DNA of 64,000 nucleotides from Bacillota bacterium (GTDB lineage Bacteria; Bacillota_I; Bacilli_A; RFN20; CAG-826), in NCBI GenBank assembly GCA_023393065.1, contig JAEWMX010000015.1, positions 16,221 through 80,220 on the forward strand, read 5' to 3'. Below, piece by piece: positions 1 to 9,743 of the stretch (position 1 is its first letter; each line of letters opens with the position of its first letter). The notes beneath the pieces are model-generated. The model was not told the DNA's origin. It made no database searches and saw only the letters and a program-made list of their open reading frames with translations. The translations under genes and the position numbers were made by a program.

Positions 1-123
1 GTGATATTTTAAAGAGATTAGAAGTCAAACCCGAAAAAGAAATCGAGGCTTGGTATCAATTCCGCAAAAAAGGCATTTATTCGGAATAGTGGAATGCTAT
101 TATTTATAATAAGGTAAGCGGAA

Positions 124-759
124 TTGAACGAAGAAAACAGCGTTGTTATTAGAAAACCAAAAGCACTATTAACTATAAACATCGTATTGACGGCTCTTTT
201 AGTCATTCTCGCTGGATTATTGATGTTCTTCTATCATCGTCTCATATGGACATTAACGCTCAACTTTAACATTATCTACTTTGTTTGGATCTTGTTGGCG
301 GCCTTGATTATTGGCTTGTTCATCATTTTATTGAGTATCGTGCTCGTTATAAAATCACCAAGCGACGACAAATCCTTTTTAATTCCTCCGGCTCTCGTTG
401 TTATCCTTGCTGTCGTTTCCCTATCTTTTGGCCTCATCGACAGAATGGAATATAACGAGCACTATACCTTTAGCCAGGAAAAATGGGCGAATGCCACCAA
501 CGACGAAAGAAGCGTCTACGTCGATTCATTTTTAAAAATGTACAACCTATATGCTTTTGATGATGAAATGATTGTCGAATATCTCGGTGAACCGGATATC
601 AAAGAGACAATCCAACTCGAAACATATCCGTCTCAATTCGGCGGTTATGCCTATTATTACGATTTAGGATTTGTCCGCGATTATATCGATCCGAGTTATC
701 TCGAAATCAATACTAATCAAAACGGTCTCGTCTTTCATTACGGAATATATAGTTCATAA
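124..759 (+). CDS. hypothetical membrane protein
   Basis: 211-aa ORF with several long hydrophobic segments (LLTINIVLTALLVILAGLLMFF; IIYFVWILLAALIIGLFIILLSIVLVI; ALVVILAVVSLSFGL) followed by a Tyr/Asp-rich soluble C-terminus. TTG start, so the 5' end is uncertain. No family recognised. Confidence 0.5.
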   Translation: MNEENSVVIRKPKALLTINIVLTALLVILAGLLMFFYHRLIWTLTLNFNIIYFVWILLAALIIGLFIILLSIVLVIKSPSDDKSFLIPPALVVILAVVSLSFGLIDRMEYNEHYTFSQEKWANATNDERSVYVDSFLKMYNLYAFDDEMIVEYLGEPDIKETIQLETYPSQFGGYAYYYDLGFVRDYIDPSYLEINTNQNGLVFHYGIYSS

Positions 760-771
760 GAACTAGTAAGA

Positions 772-803
772 AAAAAAGAGCGCACCAATCGATGCGCTAT
801 TTT
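772..803. terminator. bidirectional intrinsic terminator between convergent genes
   Basis: Stem AGCGCA (779-784) / TGCGCT (793-798) with an 8-nt loop, flanked by an A-run upstream and ATTTT downstream. Sits between the 124-759 (+) and 806-1408 (-) ORFs. Confidence 0.5.
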
Positions 804-805
804 CA

Positions 806-1408
806 TTATTCAGTTGGAACAGTTCGTATCTTGCGGAAGATAAACCAGAACATCGCCAGTATTTCGATTGGCACTAAAGCGATAAAGATGTACCAGATAT
901 GCGGATATAGCGGGAAAAGCGATAAATAAATCGAAAGGGTGAGACCGACCGATAAAGATGTCACAAAGGCAAAAGACAAGCGATTGTTGCCCCAGATGAG
1001 CGAGAAGACGAGCAAGACGATCGATGACGCCGGTATCGCGTAGATAAATAGCAGCCAAGTTCTAAAAGCAAGATTTGGTTCGATGAGATTAGTCAAGACA
1101 AAAGCGACGGTGGCGACGAGCCAGACGATGCCGGCGGACAATATCGAAATCAAAATCCGCGTCTTGATCGTCAAGGGCGTTCGCGGCTTGCGGCCGACGG
1201 TGAGGAAGTCATTGAGGGTCACGCCGAAAAAATCCGCCAATTGATGCAAGACATAGGCTTCGGGAAGAGATTCGGCTCTCTCCCATTTGGATATAGCCTT
1301 ATCCGAATAGTTCATCTTCTCGGCGAGCTGGAGCTGCGTCAGACCCATTTTCTTACGGTAATAGGCGATGTTATTAGCAACGATTGCTTTGAATTCGTTT
1401 TCGTTCAT
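806..1408 (-). CDS. XRE-family helix-turn-helix regulator with C-terminal multi-pass membrane domain
   Basis: N-terminal HTH_3-like sequence (MGLTQLQLAEKMNYSDKAISKWERAESLPEAYVLHQLADFFGVTLNDFL) followed by about 4 hydrophobic helices. Confidence 0.75.
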   Translation of the reverse strand: MNENEFKAIVANNIAYYRKKMGLTQLQLAEKMNYSDKAISKWERAESLPEAYVLHQLADFFGVTLNDFLTVGRKPRTPLTIKTRILISILSAGIVWLVATVAFVLTNLIEPNLAFRTWLLFIYAIPASSIVLLVFSLIWGNNRLSFAFVTSLSVGLTLSIYLSLFPLYPHIWYIFIALVPIEILAMFWFIFRKIRTVPTE

Positions 1409-1575
1409 ATCTCGTATTTTATCTTTTTCTAATGAAAAAAGAAACGATTTAATCTACTCTTCTCCCCGCGGTAGAGAGGCGATTTTTGATTCTACCCGAC
1501 CGCGTCCAAGTGTTTACTGACAATTAAGTATAAATGTTTATATTGAAAACGTAAGCAACTAGAAGGAGACCAATT

Positions 1576-2421
1576 ATGAAAATAGCCATCTCAAGCGAAA
1601 CGACCGTCGATTTAACCAAAGAACTCTTAAAAGAATATGATATTCACACCGTCCCCTTTACCATCATCATGGGTGAAGATCAAGTCGCCGATGGGGAAAT
1701 AACTCCCGAAGAAATCTTTAGTTTCCATAACCGGACCAAGATTCTTCCAAGGACGAGCGCCGTCAACGAATACCAATACGAAAATCATTTCCAGGATTTA
1801 TTAAAATCTTATGATGCGATAATACACATCTCGCTATCAAGCGCCCTAAGCGTCGCCTATACAAACGCTTCAAATGTCGCCAAGAAGTTGAATAATGTGA
1901 CGGTCATCGACTCCAAGAGCCTCTCGACCGGCATCGCCTTATTATGTCTCCACGCTCAGAAGCTCGTCAGGGCCGGCGAGAGGTTGTCGAACATTATTAA
2001 CTCCATCTATGAGCGCATCCCCTTCGTACAAGCGAGTTTTGCCCTCGAAAAAGTCGATTATCTCTATAAGGGCGGCCGCTGCTCGCTCCTTTCCTTTATC
2101 GGGGCGAACCTCTTAGGCATCAAACCTCAGATCATCGTCAAAGACGGCAAGATGATTCCCGGCCGCAAATACCGCGGCAAGATGATGCGCGTCGTCAAAC
2201 AGTACGTCGATGATACGCTTCTTTATTATGGCAATCCCGACTTAGAACAAGTGTTCATCACTTATACAACAGCGGACGATGAAATTATCGAAATGGTACA
2301 AGCCATCCTCAAAGGTCGCGGTTTCAAGCGCATCGATATTACCAGAGCCGGCGGAACGATTTCCTCGCATTGTGGCGAGAACTGCCTCGGCATTCTATAC
2401 ATAAACGACGGAGATCGCTAA
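1576..2421 (+). CDS. DegV-family fatty-acid-binding protein (FakB-like)
   Basis: 281 aa. N-terminus MKIAISSETTVDL..., and the length and overall pattern are typical of DegV/DUF194. RBS GAAGGAG 8 nt upstream. Confidence 0.85.
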   Translation: MKIAISSETTVDLTKELLKEYDIHTVPFTIIMGEDQVADGEITPEEIFSFHNRTKILPRTSAVNEYQYENHFQDLLKSYDAIIHISLSSALSVAYTNASNVAKKLNNVTVIDSKSLSTGIALLCLHAQKLVRAGERLSNIINSIYERIPFVQASFALEKVDYLYKGGRCSLLSFIGANLLGIKPQIIVKDGKMIPGRKYRGKMMRVVKQYVDDTLLYYGNPDLEQVFITYTTADDEIIEMVQAILKGRGFKRIDITRAGGTISSHCGENCLGILYINDGDR

Positions 2422-2444
2422 GTAATTGTTGATAATCAACATAA

Positions 2445-2469
2445 AAAGCGCCTAAAAAGGCGCTTTTTA
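2445..2469. terminator. bidirectional intrinsic terminator
   Basis: AAAAAGCGCC-TAAAAA-GGCGCTTTTT: GC-rich stem (2447-2452 / 2459-2464) flanked by A-run and T-run, between convergent degV-like and membrane-protein genes. Confidence 0.65.
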
Positions 2470-2485
2470 TCTTTGATAAAGTTAG

Positions 2486-2938
2486 TTATTTGCTTGGAGC
2501 GAAAGCCATCAAGCCTTCGAGGACGCCGGCGGATAAAAGCAGGACGCTCATACCGATGACGGAACCGCCGAGTTTAACGCTGTCGGGATAGTTCGGATTA
2601 ACGGCGCCGACTAAGGTTGGCATGAGTAAGAAGATGATGCCAGCGGCGACGAAGAAGACGGCGATGGCGCCCAATATTACTCTTTGGAATTTAAAAGGGA
2701 TAAAGGCCGGGATGACGAGCAGCGAGCCGACCGCCAAGAGCATAAAGGCGACGATGACGACGACCGAGGCGTTGTTCGAGCCTTGGCCCCAGACGACTTG
2801 GTAGAAGTTGCCGATGTTGCTGGCGACGCCATTGCCCGAGTAGTTCGGGACATAAAGGGCGACCGCAGCTCCTAAGGGCCAGACGATGCCGAGCAAGGCG
2901 AGGACGAGAATGTTCACAAATGGAATTAGTTTTTTCAT
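2486..2938 (-). CDS. hypothetical polytopic membrane protein
   Basis: 150-aa ORF, almost entirely hydrophobic helices (about 4 TM). No family recognised. Confidence 0.55.
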   Translation of the reverse strand: MKKLIPFVNILVLALLGIVWPLGAAVALYVPNYSGNGVASNIGNFYQVVWGQGSNNASVVVIVAFMLLAVGSLLVIPAFIPFKFQRVILGAIAVFFVAAGIIFLLMPTLVGAVNPNYPDSVKLGGSVIGMSVLLLSAGVLEGLMAFAPSK

Positions 2939-3131
2939 ATTCGAGACTCCGTTTCTAGAAAATACAAATAAATTGTATGCGAATTAATACTAAACAAACA
3001 AGCGCGAATTTTCAATAGATAGTTATTTTTAATAAATAAAAGTTTACCTTTCCCCAGCGATGTTTCAAACTTGTCGCTTTTATTAGAATGGTGTTCTACA
3101 TATAATACTTATTGTACGAAGAGGAATTCAT

Positions 3132-4157
3132 ATGAGCAAAATTCGCAACACCCTTGCTTCCCTACTGTCTGTTTTGGCCCTGGCATCGTGTGCCGGTGGT
3201 CCTGATACATTTACCTATCAAGATTACAAAAAAAGAGAATTAGACTACGTCGAAAATTTCCGCATTCTCCAGATGACGGACATACACTTTGGCCTTGCGA
3301 CTAATTTCGCCGAAGAGTGGGTCTATTTCGATAGCCTGATCAGCGAAGCCAATCCCGATTTGATGGTCTTGACCGGCGACATGTTCATGAACGCCTCGGT
3401 CGATGTCGTCAACAAGCTCTATGACTATATGGATAGCAAGGACATTCCTTGGACGGTTACCTTTGGTAATCACGACCGCCAAGGCTTTTATACGCCGCAA
3501 TTTATCGAAGGGCAAGCGACCTACGATAAGTATGATAATTGCCTCTATGTCGATCCCGATGATGATGTCAACGGACACGGCAATCACTACATTAATATCA
3601 CGACCGGAGACTTCATTGAATGGCAAGTTTTCATGCTCGATTCCGGCTCCTATCATTCGCAAGGTGCGACTTACGATTACGATGTCATCCACGAAGATCA
3701 AATCGCCTGGTATGAAGACGTCATCAACGAGACGAACGCCGACCTTATGGATGCCGTCAGACCAGCTCACAAGAAAGGTCTTGGCACCATTCCTTCGGTT
3801 GCCTTCTTTCATATTCCTCTCTATGAATATGTCGATGCTTGGGAAGCTTGGGAAGAATCGGACTTCGACGAGACGATGGGAAGCGGTGTCCTTCAAGACT
3901 CCGGCATCTGGCACGGATACTACAATTCCGGTTTCTTTCAAAAAGCCAAAGACCTTGGTTCGACCCGCGGAATGTTCGTCGGTCACGACCACACGAACAA
4001 CTTCGCGATCGAATACGAAGGCATCGTCTTGAGTTACGGCGTCAAAACCGGTCGCGGCATCTACCACGACCCGGAGATGATCGGCGGACAAGTCATCATC
4101 TTGCAAGGCGATGGAACAATCTCTATCGAGCGCCACTTTGTGGCTTATGAGGAGTAA
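3132..4157 (+). CDS. calcineurin-like metallophosphoesterase, lipoprotein
   Basis: Lipobox LALASC at the N-terminus. Metallophosphoesterase motifs DIH, GDMF, GNHD, GHDH(TNN). RBS GAGGAA upstream. Confidence 0.8.
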   Translation: MSKIRNTLASLLSVLALASCAGGPDTFTYQDYKKRELDYVENFRILQMTDIHFGLATNFAEEWVYFDSLISEANPDLMVLTGDMFMNASVDVVNKLYDYMDSKDIPWTVTFGNHDRQGFYTPQFIEGQATYDKYDNCLYVDPDDDVNGHGNHYINITTGDFIEWQVFMLDSGSYHSQGATYDYDVIHEDQIAWYEDVINETNADLMDAVRPAHKKGLGTIPSVAFFHIPLYEYVDAWEAWEESDFDETMGSGVLQDSGIWHGYYNSGFFQKAKDLGSTRGMFVGHDHTNNFAIEYEGIVLSYGVKTGRGIYHDPEMIGGQVIILQGDGTISIERHFVAYEE

Positions 4158-4162
4158 GAATC

Positions 4163-5104
4163 ATGAAAACCAAAACCTTATTTCTCGTCACTAATCTCCT
4201 CTTGTACTTCTTCGCCGGTATCAGCGCTTTCTTCTTCATCATGGTCCTCTTTACCGATGGCATTAACAACTTCCGAATGATTTTAAACTATCTTCCACTC
4301 TATCTTTCATTAATACTTCCCATCTATGCGCTTATCGCCATCAATCGCATCGCGAAAGTCGAAAGCGACAACCTCAAACTTCGTAAGATTAAAATCAACG
4401 CTTTGGTCTTCGGAAGCATCAGCGCTTTCGCTCTCATCTATGGCTTCATCAATGTCTTTGTGTCTTTTGGCGGTAACTTTCTCGCTGGCGGACCGGCTAA
4501 ATACTTTCCGCTTTCCTTCATCGTCTTAGATTTCCTCTTCGCCCTCATCGCCGGCTATATTCTCTTCGTTTTTAAAAACGAAAAGTCCACAAAAGAAACT
4601 AAGCCAAAACTTGGAGTCGGTAAAATTATCCTCGAGGACTTAAAATACGCTTTCCTTCTCTTTGCCTTGTATTTCCTCGGTACGTTTGCCTTCGGCTTTT
4701 ATAGTTTTGATCTAAGCCTCGAACACGTCGGAGGAACCCTGCCAATATATTTGCTGATGGTTATTCCATCCTTGTTTATTGTCGCTAACGAGATTATCAA
4801 AGCTTACTCTAGCGAAGAAAAACGCCCTCTTGCTCGCTTCATCCTCGGTTTGAGCGGATTAGGGCTGACGGTGGTCTTAGGGGTCTGGATGTTCATTTAC
4901 ATGTCAAGCAATCCTAACTTTGTCGTCGATGCGATGACGGCGAGCTTCCCGCTTGATTTTGCTATCTCGCTTAATCTCGGACCAGTTCTCGTCTTTGTGT
5001 TGAGTCTTATACCAGGACTTTATTTCGTCATCGGTCATCTTCTTCCTAAGTATTGCCCGCTTTGCAAGCGCAGAGCCGCTAAAAAAGCCGATACTTATAA
5101 ATAA
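4163..5104 (+). CDS. hypothetical polytopic membrane protein
   Basis: 313-aa ORF with 8 or more hydrophobic helices. Starts 6 nt after the phosphoesterase gene, so probably co-transcribed. No family recognised. Confidence 0.55.
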   Translation: MKTKTLFLVTNLLLYFFAGISAFFFIMVLFTDGINNFRMILNYLPLYLSLILPIYALIAINRIAKVESDNLKLRKIKINALVFGSISAFALIYGFINVFVSFGGNFLAGGPAKYFPLSFIVLDFLFALIAGYILFVFKNEKSTKETKPKLGVGKIILEDLKYAFLLFALYFLGTFAFGFYSFDLSLEHVGGTLPIYLLMVIPSLFIVANEIIKAYSSEEKRPLARFILGLSGLGLTVVLGVWMFIYMSSNPNFVVDAMTASFPLDFAISLNLGPVLVFVLSLIPGLYFVIGHLLPKYCPLCKRRAAKKADTYK

Positions 5105-5117
5105 GTTTGTAAATATC

Positions 5118-5146
5118 TTGCATTAATTTTTATCTCGCTTTATCAT
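5118..5146 (+). promoter_or_regulatory. candidate sigma-A promoter of the rimP-nusA-infB operon
   Basis: TTGCAT (5118-5123), 17-nt spacer, TATCAT (5141-5146). Confidence 0.45.
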
Positions 5147-5153
5147 TGACTAC

Positions 5154-5240
5154 GCGAACAGAATCGTGTTCGCTTCTGGGTGATCCCGGAACAACTCTTG
5201 AACAAAAGAGTGGCCGCAAGACCACTCTTTGTCTTCTTAA
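5154..5240 (+). promoter_or_regulatory. structured 5' leader of rimP-nusA operon with a terminator-like hairpin
   Basis: Hairpin 1: GCGAACA (5154-5160) / TGTTCGC (5167-5173). Hairpin 2: AAAGAGTGG (5205-5213) / CCACTCTTT (5222-5230), followed by GTCTTCTT (interrupted U-tract), directly before RBS AGGAGG (5241-5246). Confidence 0.4.
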
Positions 5241-5251
5241 AGGAGGTAGCT

Positions 5252-5710
5252 ATGGCTGTTAAAGATATCGTCAGTGCCCTGATCGAACCCGCGCTCAAAG
5301 TTATAGGTTACGATCTCGCCAGCGTCTCTTTCCGTAAGGAAGGGGGCAATTACGTCCTGCGCGTCGTCATCGATAAAGATGGACCCGTCAGCATGGATGA
5401 TATCGTGCGCGCTGGTGATTTAATCAGCCCGCTATTAGACGAAGCCGATCCAATTAAGACATCGTATATGCTCGATGTCACATCGCTCGGCGCCGAAAAG
5501 CCGATCAAGCTCGAAAATTTAGAGCGCTACATCGGCGAACGCGTCAATCTCAGCCTTCGCGAAGCCGTCGATAAAAAGAATGCCGTCAAAGGCGTTCTCG
5601 TAAGTCTTAATGAAGAAGACATCACGATTAAATTAGATAGCAAAAAGAAAGGAAACTTGACTATTCGCCGCGACATAGTCGCAAATGCGCGTCTAGCCAT
5701 CAAATTTTAG
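5252..5710 (+). CDS. rimP: ribosome maturation factor RimP
   Basis: Position immediately upstream of nusA. Sequence MAVKDIVSALIEPALKVIGYDL...VVIDKDGPVSMDDI is typical of RimP. ATG 5252 has a perfect AGGAGG RBS; the track ORF start at 5180 lies inside the leader. Confidence 0.85.
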   Translation: MAVKDIVSALIEPALKVIGYDLASVSFRKEGGNYVLRVVIDKDGPVSMDDIVRAGDLISPLLDEADPIKTSYMLDVTSLGAEKPIKLENLERYIGERVNLSLREAVDKKNAVKGVLVSLNEEDITIKLDSKKKGNLTIRRDIVANARLAIKF

Positions 5711-5721
5711 GAGAAAGATTT

Positions 5722-7317
5722 ATGATTAACGCAACCCAATTCTTTGAAGCCCTCGACCAATTAGAAGCGCAGAAAGGCATTTCTAAGGAAAGCATTCTCA
5801 TCGCCTTAAAAGAAGCGATGAAAAAAGCTTTGGTCAAACAACTCGGCGGCGGTGATGACGCCATCATCGACGTCATTATCGACGAGGAAACCGCCAAGAT
5901 CGAAATGTACGTGATTAAGAAAGTCGTCGCAGAAGTGACCGATGACTATCTTGAAATCAGCCTTGATGAGGCCCGCAAGTTCGACAAGAAATACAATCTC
6001 GGCGACGATTACAAAATTTATGTCAATATTCACGACCTCAGCAAGCTCTTTGCCATGACCGTCAAATCGGTTCTTCACCAAAAGCTCGCCGAAGCCGAAA
6101 AAGCCGCCCTTTATGTCACATATAAAGATAAGATTGGCGAGATGATTACCGGCGTCGTCGAAAAAGCCGACGAACGCTCCATCATCGTCAACATCGGTCG
6201 GACCTCGGTGTATCTTAGCAACCGCGAATTAATCGGCGAAGAGACCTTTAATGTCGGCGATACGATTCGCCTCTATGTCTCCGATGTCTCCTCGACGGAA
6301 AAAGGAGCCCAGATCGTCGTCACTCGTAGCGATCCTGGTTTTTTAAGACGCATCTTCGAAGAAGAAATTCACGAAATCTATGACGGAACCGTCATTATTA
6401 AGGATATCGCCCGCGAAGCCGGCACGCGCAGCAAAGTCGCGGTCTTCAGCCACGATCCCAACGTCGATCCAACCGGCGCCTGCATCGGCCACGACGGCGG
6501 ACGCGTCAAGAAGATTCTCGGCCAATTAGGCAATGCTCGCGATAAAGAAAAAATTGATATCATCCAATATCATGAAGATCCCGCGTTATACATTGTCGAA
6601 GCCTTACGCCCGGCGACCGTCGTCGGTGTTCACCTCGATAAAGAGGAGCACGCCGCTTTAGCGGTCGTCAAAGACGAACAGCTCTCGCTCGCCATCGGCC
6701 GCAAAGGGGCCAACGCCCGCTTAGCCAACCGACTAACCGGCTGGAAGATCGATATTAAAGAAGAGGCGATGGCCAAGGAAGCAAACCTCGAATACCTCAG
6801 AGTTGACGAATTGCATCAAAGACACGCCGAACAGCTCAAAGCCGAAGCTTATCAACGCTATATCGATTCGATAAAACCGACACCGAAAGATGTCGTCGTT
6901 GAAACGCCGGTGGTGGCCGAACCGGTTTCTGCCCCTGTCAGCGAACCGACACCAGCCGTTGAAGCCGCTCCTGCTGTCGTCGAACCGAAAGTCGTCGAAG
7001 AGCCGGTCAAGATTAAGATCACGACCGATCTTGAAACTTTGGAACGCGAACTCGAGAGCCAAAAAGAGAAGAACAAACAGGCCGCGCCGAAGTCCAAAAG
7101 ACCGCGGAAGATTTCCGATGACGAAGTCAAAAGCGAGAGCAAGGATGAAAAGCCCTATGTCGCTCCCGATACCGATAACAAACCCTACATGCAAATTTAT
7201 TCCGAAGAGGAATTGGCTGAACTCGAAAAAGAAGCCGCTCAACATCCCGATGAACATCTCGATGAAGAAGAGATCGATTACGACGAGTACGATGCTTATT
7301 ACGAGGATGAGGAATAG
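5722..7317 (+). CDS. nusA: transcription termination/antitermination factor NusA with a long C-terminal low-complexity extension
   Basis: N-terminal domain, S1 (GEMITGVVEKADERSIIVNIG) and two KH domains (GACIGHDGGRVKKI; LAIGRKGANARLANRLTGWKIDIK). About 185 extra C-terminal residues. Confidence 0.95.
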   Translation: MINATQFFEALDQLEAQKGISKESILIALKEAMKKALVKQLGGGDDAIIDVIIDEETAKIEMYVIKKVVAEVTDDYLEISLDEARKFDKKYNLGDDYKIYVNIHDLSKLFAMTVKSVLHQKLAEAEKAALYVTYKDKIGEMITGVVEKADERSIIVNIGRTSVYLSNRELIGEETFNVGDTIRLYVSDVSSTEKGAQIVVTRSDPGFLRRIFEEEIHEIYDGTVIIKDIAREAGTRSKVAVFSHDPNVDPTGACIGHDGGRVKKILGQLGNARDKEKIDIIQYHEDPALYIVEALRPATVVGVHLDKEEHAALAVVKDEQLSLAIGRKGANARLANRLTGWKIDIKEEAMAKEANLEYLRVDELHQRHAEQLKAEAYQRYIDSIKPTPKDVVVETPVVAEPVSAPVSEPTPAVEAAPAVVEPKVVEEPVKIKITTDLETLERELESQKEKNKQAAPKSKRPRKISDDEVKSESKDEKPYVAPDTDNKPYMQIYSEEELAELEKEAAQHPDEHLDEEEIDYDEYDAYYEDEE

Positions 7318-7355
7318 TCTCGGATTATAATAGTCATTAAAAGGAAGTGATGCGA

Positions 7356-7607
7356 ATGAAAAAGATTCCGATGCGCCGCTGTTTAGCCAGCAATCAAATG
7401 TTTCCCAAAAAGGAGCTTCTTCGCATCGTCAAAACCCCGAGCGGCGAAGTCGTCGTCGACGTGACCGGAAAGGTCAACGGTCACGGCGCCTACCTAAAGA
7501 AAGATGCTGATATTTTCGCATTAGCGAAGAAACGGCGCTTGCTCGACAAAGCTCTCGATACCCGCGTCTCTGACGAGGTTTACGATTCCCTGAACAAATA
7601 CCTATGA
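7356..7607 (+). CDS. ylxR: YlxR/DUF448 family RNA-binding protein
   Basis: RRCLASNQMFPKKELLRIV motif and the conserved position between nusA and infB. Three in-frame starts (GTG 7347, ATG 7350, ATG 7356); 7356 has the best spacing to AAGGAAG. Confidence 0.8.
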   Translation: MKKIPMRRCLASNQMFPKKELLRIVKTPSGEVVVDVTGKVNGHGAYLKKDADIFALAKKRRLLDKALDTRVSDEVYDSLNKYL

Positions 7608-7912
7608 ATAATCGTGTCAGCGGTTATTTAGGATTAGCCAACCGCGCCGGAAAAGCCTTGGTCGGCGAAGCCATCACCAAAGTTTGGTCGAAAAGAAAAA
7701 TCTATGCATTGATCATGGCAACCGATGCCGCAAGCAAGACGCAGGAGAAACTCGCCAAACTAGCCCAGCAACAAAACGTCCCAACTATTTACGCCTTTAG
7801 CAAAGCCGAACTCGGCCGCGCCTTAGGTTTTGAAGAAGTCTCGACCGTCGCCATCAGCGACAGAGGACTCGCTTCCCAGATCATTAGTGTCATAAAGGAG
7901 GATAACAAATGA
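7604..7912 (+). CDS. ylxQ: L7Ae-family RNA-binding protein YlxQ
   Basis: 102 aa, GLANRAGKALVGEAIT motif, conserved position upstream of infB. ATGA overlap with ylxR. Confidence 0.8.
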   Translation: MNNRVSGYLGLANRAGKALVGEAITKVWSKRKIYALIMATDAASKTQEKLAKLAQQQNVPTIYAFSKAELGRALGFEEVSTVAISDRGLASQIISVIKEDNK

Positions 7913-9741
7913 ACGATAGCAATAAGAAACGCCAACGGGTGGCGAACATACCCGCCGGAAACACACCGCGCAAAGGCGAAAACGCCAAAGTAAACAAGGG
8001 CGTCTTCGTGTATACGAAGTGCATGTCCGTCGGCGAACTCGCCAAACAATTGGAAGTCAATTCCTCCGACATTATCAAATATCTTTTTTTAAACGGTAAA
8101 GTCATCACTATCAATCAGACGCTTGACGATGAGGCCATCGGCACCATCTGCTTGCAGTTTGGCTTTGATTTCCGCAAGGATAAAGAGGTCAGCGAAGAAA
8201 ATTTCGAAGAGCTCGAAATCGTCGATGATCCCAAAGATTTAAAATCTCGGCCCCCGGTCGTGACCATCATGGGCCACGTCGACCACGGCAAGACGACGTT
8301 GATCGACGCCATTCGCTCCTCGCACCTCGTCGATACGGAAGTCGGTGGAATCTCGCAAGCCATCGGCGCCTATCAAAAAGATGTCAAAGGACAAAAGATT
8401 ACCTTTATCGACACTCCCGGGCACGAAGCCTTTACGGCCATGCGCTCACGGGGAGCTTCGATTACCGATATCGTCGTCTTGGTCGTCGCCGCCGATGATG
8501 GCGTCATGCCACAAACCAAAGAAGCGATAAATCACGCGCGAGCCGCGAATGTACCGATTATCGTCGCAATCAATAAAATTGATAAGCCCGGAGCCGATCC
8601 AAAGCGGGTTCGTAACGAACTCGTCGCTTTTGACATCATCCCCGAAGAATACGGCGGCAATAATATCTTCGTCGAAATATCGGCCAAAAAAGGCATCGGC
8701 ATCGATAATCTTTTAGAAAACATCTTGCTCGTCGCCGAGATGGCTGAGCTCAAGGCCAACCCAAGCCGTTACGCGCTGGGCACGGTCATCGAAGCTAACC
8801 TCGATAAAGGCGAAGGCCCGAAAGCGACCTTGCTCGTTCAAAACGGCACCCTCAGCTTTCAGGATTACGTCGTCCTCGGTTCGGCCTATGGCAAAATCAG
8901 GCGCATGACAAATGAACATAAGAAAATTCTCAAAACAGCCGGACCATCGACACCAGTCAGCATCATCGGTTTAAGCGAAGTGCCCAATGCCGGCGATTCG
9001 TTCATGGCTTTCCCGAGCGAAAAGCAAGCTCGCGACATCGCCAATAAACGCCGTTTAGCCAAAGAATCGGAAGGTCGCGGTGGCAGTTCAGCGGCATCGC
9101 TTGATGATCTATTCAATAGAATTCACGAAGGCGAAGTCGAAAACATCAATGTCATCATCAAAGCTGATACGACCGGTTCGGCCGAAGCGATTAAAGGCGC
9201 TTTGGAAAAACTCGAGACCGAAGGCGTCAAAGTCAATATTATCGCTTCGACCGCCGGAGCAATCACTGAAGGTGATATTCTTTTAGCTAGCGCTTCTCAC
9301 GCCCTGGTCTACGGCTTTAATGTGCGGCCCAACGCCTTAGTCAAAGCCAAGGCCGATGAAGAAAACGTCGAGATTCGCTTGCATCGCATCATCTACGCCC
9401 TCATCGAAGAGATGGAAGCGGCGATGCGCGGCAAATTAAAAGTCAAGATGGTTGAAAAAATTACCGGTACCGCCGAAGTGCGGGTTATTTACAAAGCCTC
9501 AAAACTCGGCACCATCGCCGGTTCATACGTCACTAGTGGAACGCTTAAAAATGGACAAGATGTCCGCTTGATTCGCGATGGCGTCGTCGTCTACGAAGGT
9601 AAGATATCGTCGATGAAACGATACAAGGACGATATCAAAGAAGCCCGCGAGGGTTATGAATGCGGCATCGTCTTAGAAAACTTTAACGACGAGAAAGAAC
9701 AAGATATCGTCGAAGGTTTTGAAATGGTGGAGAAAAAATAG
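7909..9741 (+). CDS. infB: translation initiation factor IF-2
   Basis: GTPase motifs [18 protein letters not shown]. Conserved IF-2 C-terminal domains. RBS AAGGAGG. Confidence 0.97.
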   Translation: MNDSNKKRQRVANIPAGNTPRKGENAKVNKGVFVYTKCMSVGELAKQLEVNSSDIIKYLFLNGKVITINQTLDDEAIGTICLQFGFDFRKDKEVSEENFEELEIVDDPKDLKSRPPVVTIMGHVDHGKTTLIDAIRSSHLVDTEVGGISQAIGAYQKDVKGQKITFIDTPGHEAFTAMRSRGASITDIVVLVVAADDGVMPQTKEAINHARAANVPIIVAINKIDKPGADPKRVRNELVAFDIIPEEYGGNNIFVEISAKKGIGIDNLLENILLVAEMAELKANPSRYALGTVIEANLDKGEGPKATLLVQNGTLSFQDYVVLGSAYGKIRRMTNEHKKILKTAGPSTPVSIIGLSEVPNAGDSFMAFPSEKQARDIANKRRLAKESEGRGGSSAASLDDLFNRIHEGEVENINVIIKADTTGSAEAIKGALEKLETEGVKVNIIASTAGAITEGDILLASASHALVYGFNVRPNALVKAKADEENVEIRLHRIIYALIEEMEAAMRGKLKVKMVEKITGTAEVRVIYKASKLGTIAGSYVTSGTLKNGQDVRLIRDGVVVYEGKISSMKRYKDDIKEAREGYECGIVLENFNDEKEQDIVEGFEMVEKK

Positions 9742-9743
9742 CT

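Noticed and set aside
1-89. An open reading frame in frame 3 running from the window edge to TAG 87-89 (..DILKRLEVKPEKEIEAWYQFRKKGIYSE*). It could be the 3' end of an upstream gene.
   Set aside because: Only 28 codons are visible and no recognisable motif is present, so it cannot be supported as a feature.
1453-1504. Alternative pairings TCTAC (1453-1457) / GTAGA (1471-1475) / TCTAC (1491-1495) around a TTTTT run, upstream of the degV-like gene.
   Set aside because: The stems are only 5 bp with large loops or bulges, and no associated ORF or known motif was found. This is too weak to call a regulatory element.
3240-4136. 298-aa ORF antisense to the metallophosphoesterase gene, plus same-strand alternative-frame ORFs at 3403-4032 and 3839-4150.
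   Set aside because: The translations are low-complexity (Val/Asp/Ile or Ser/Thr/Arg-rich) with no motifs, and they lie entirely inside a well-supported gene. They are typical shadow ORFs produced by the strong codon bias (GAC/GTC/ATC/TCG-rich) of this genome.
5180-5251. N-terminal extensions of rimP (start 5180) and, likewise, rpsO (14948-15010), hrcA (56618-56638) and the oxidoreductase (19052-19060).
   Set aside because: In each case an internal ATG is preceded by a much better Shine-Dalgarno sequence and yields the family-typical N-terminus. The extensions cover leader hairpins or operator sites.
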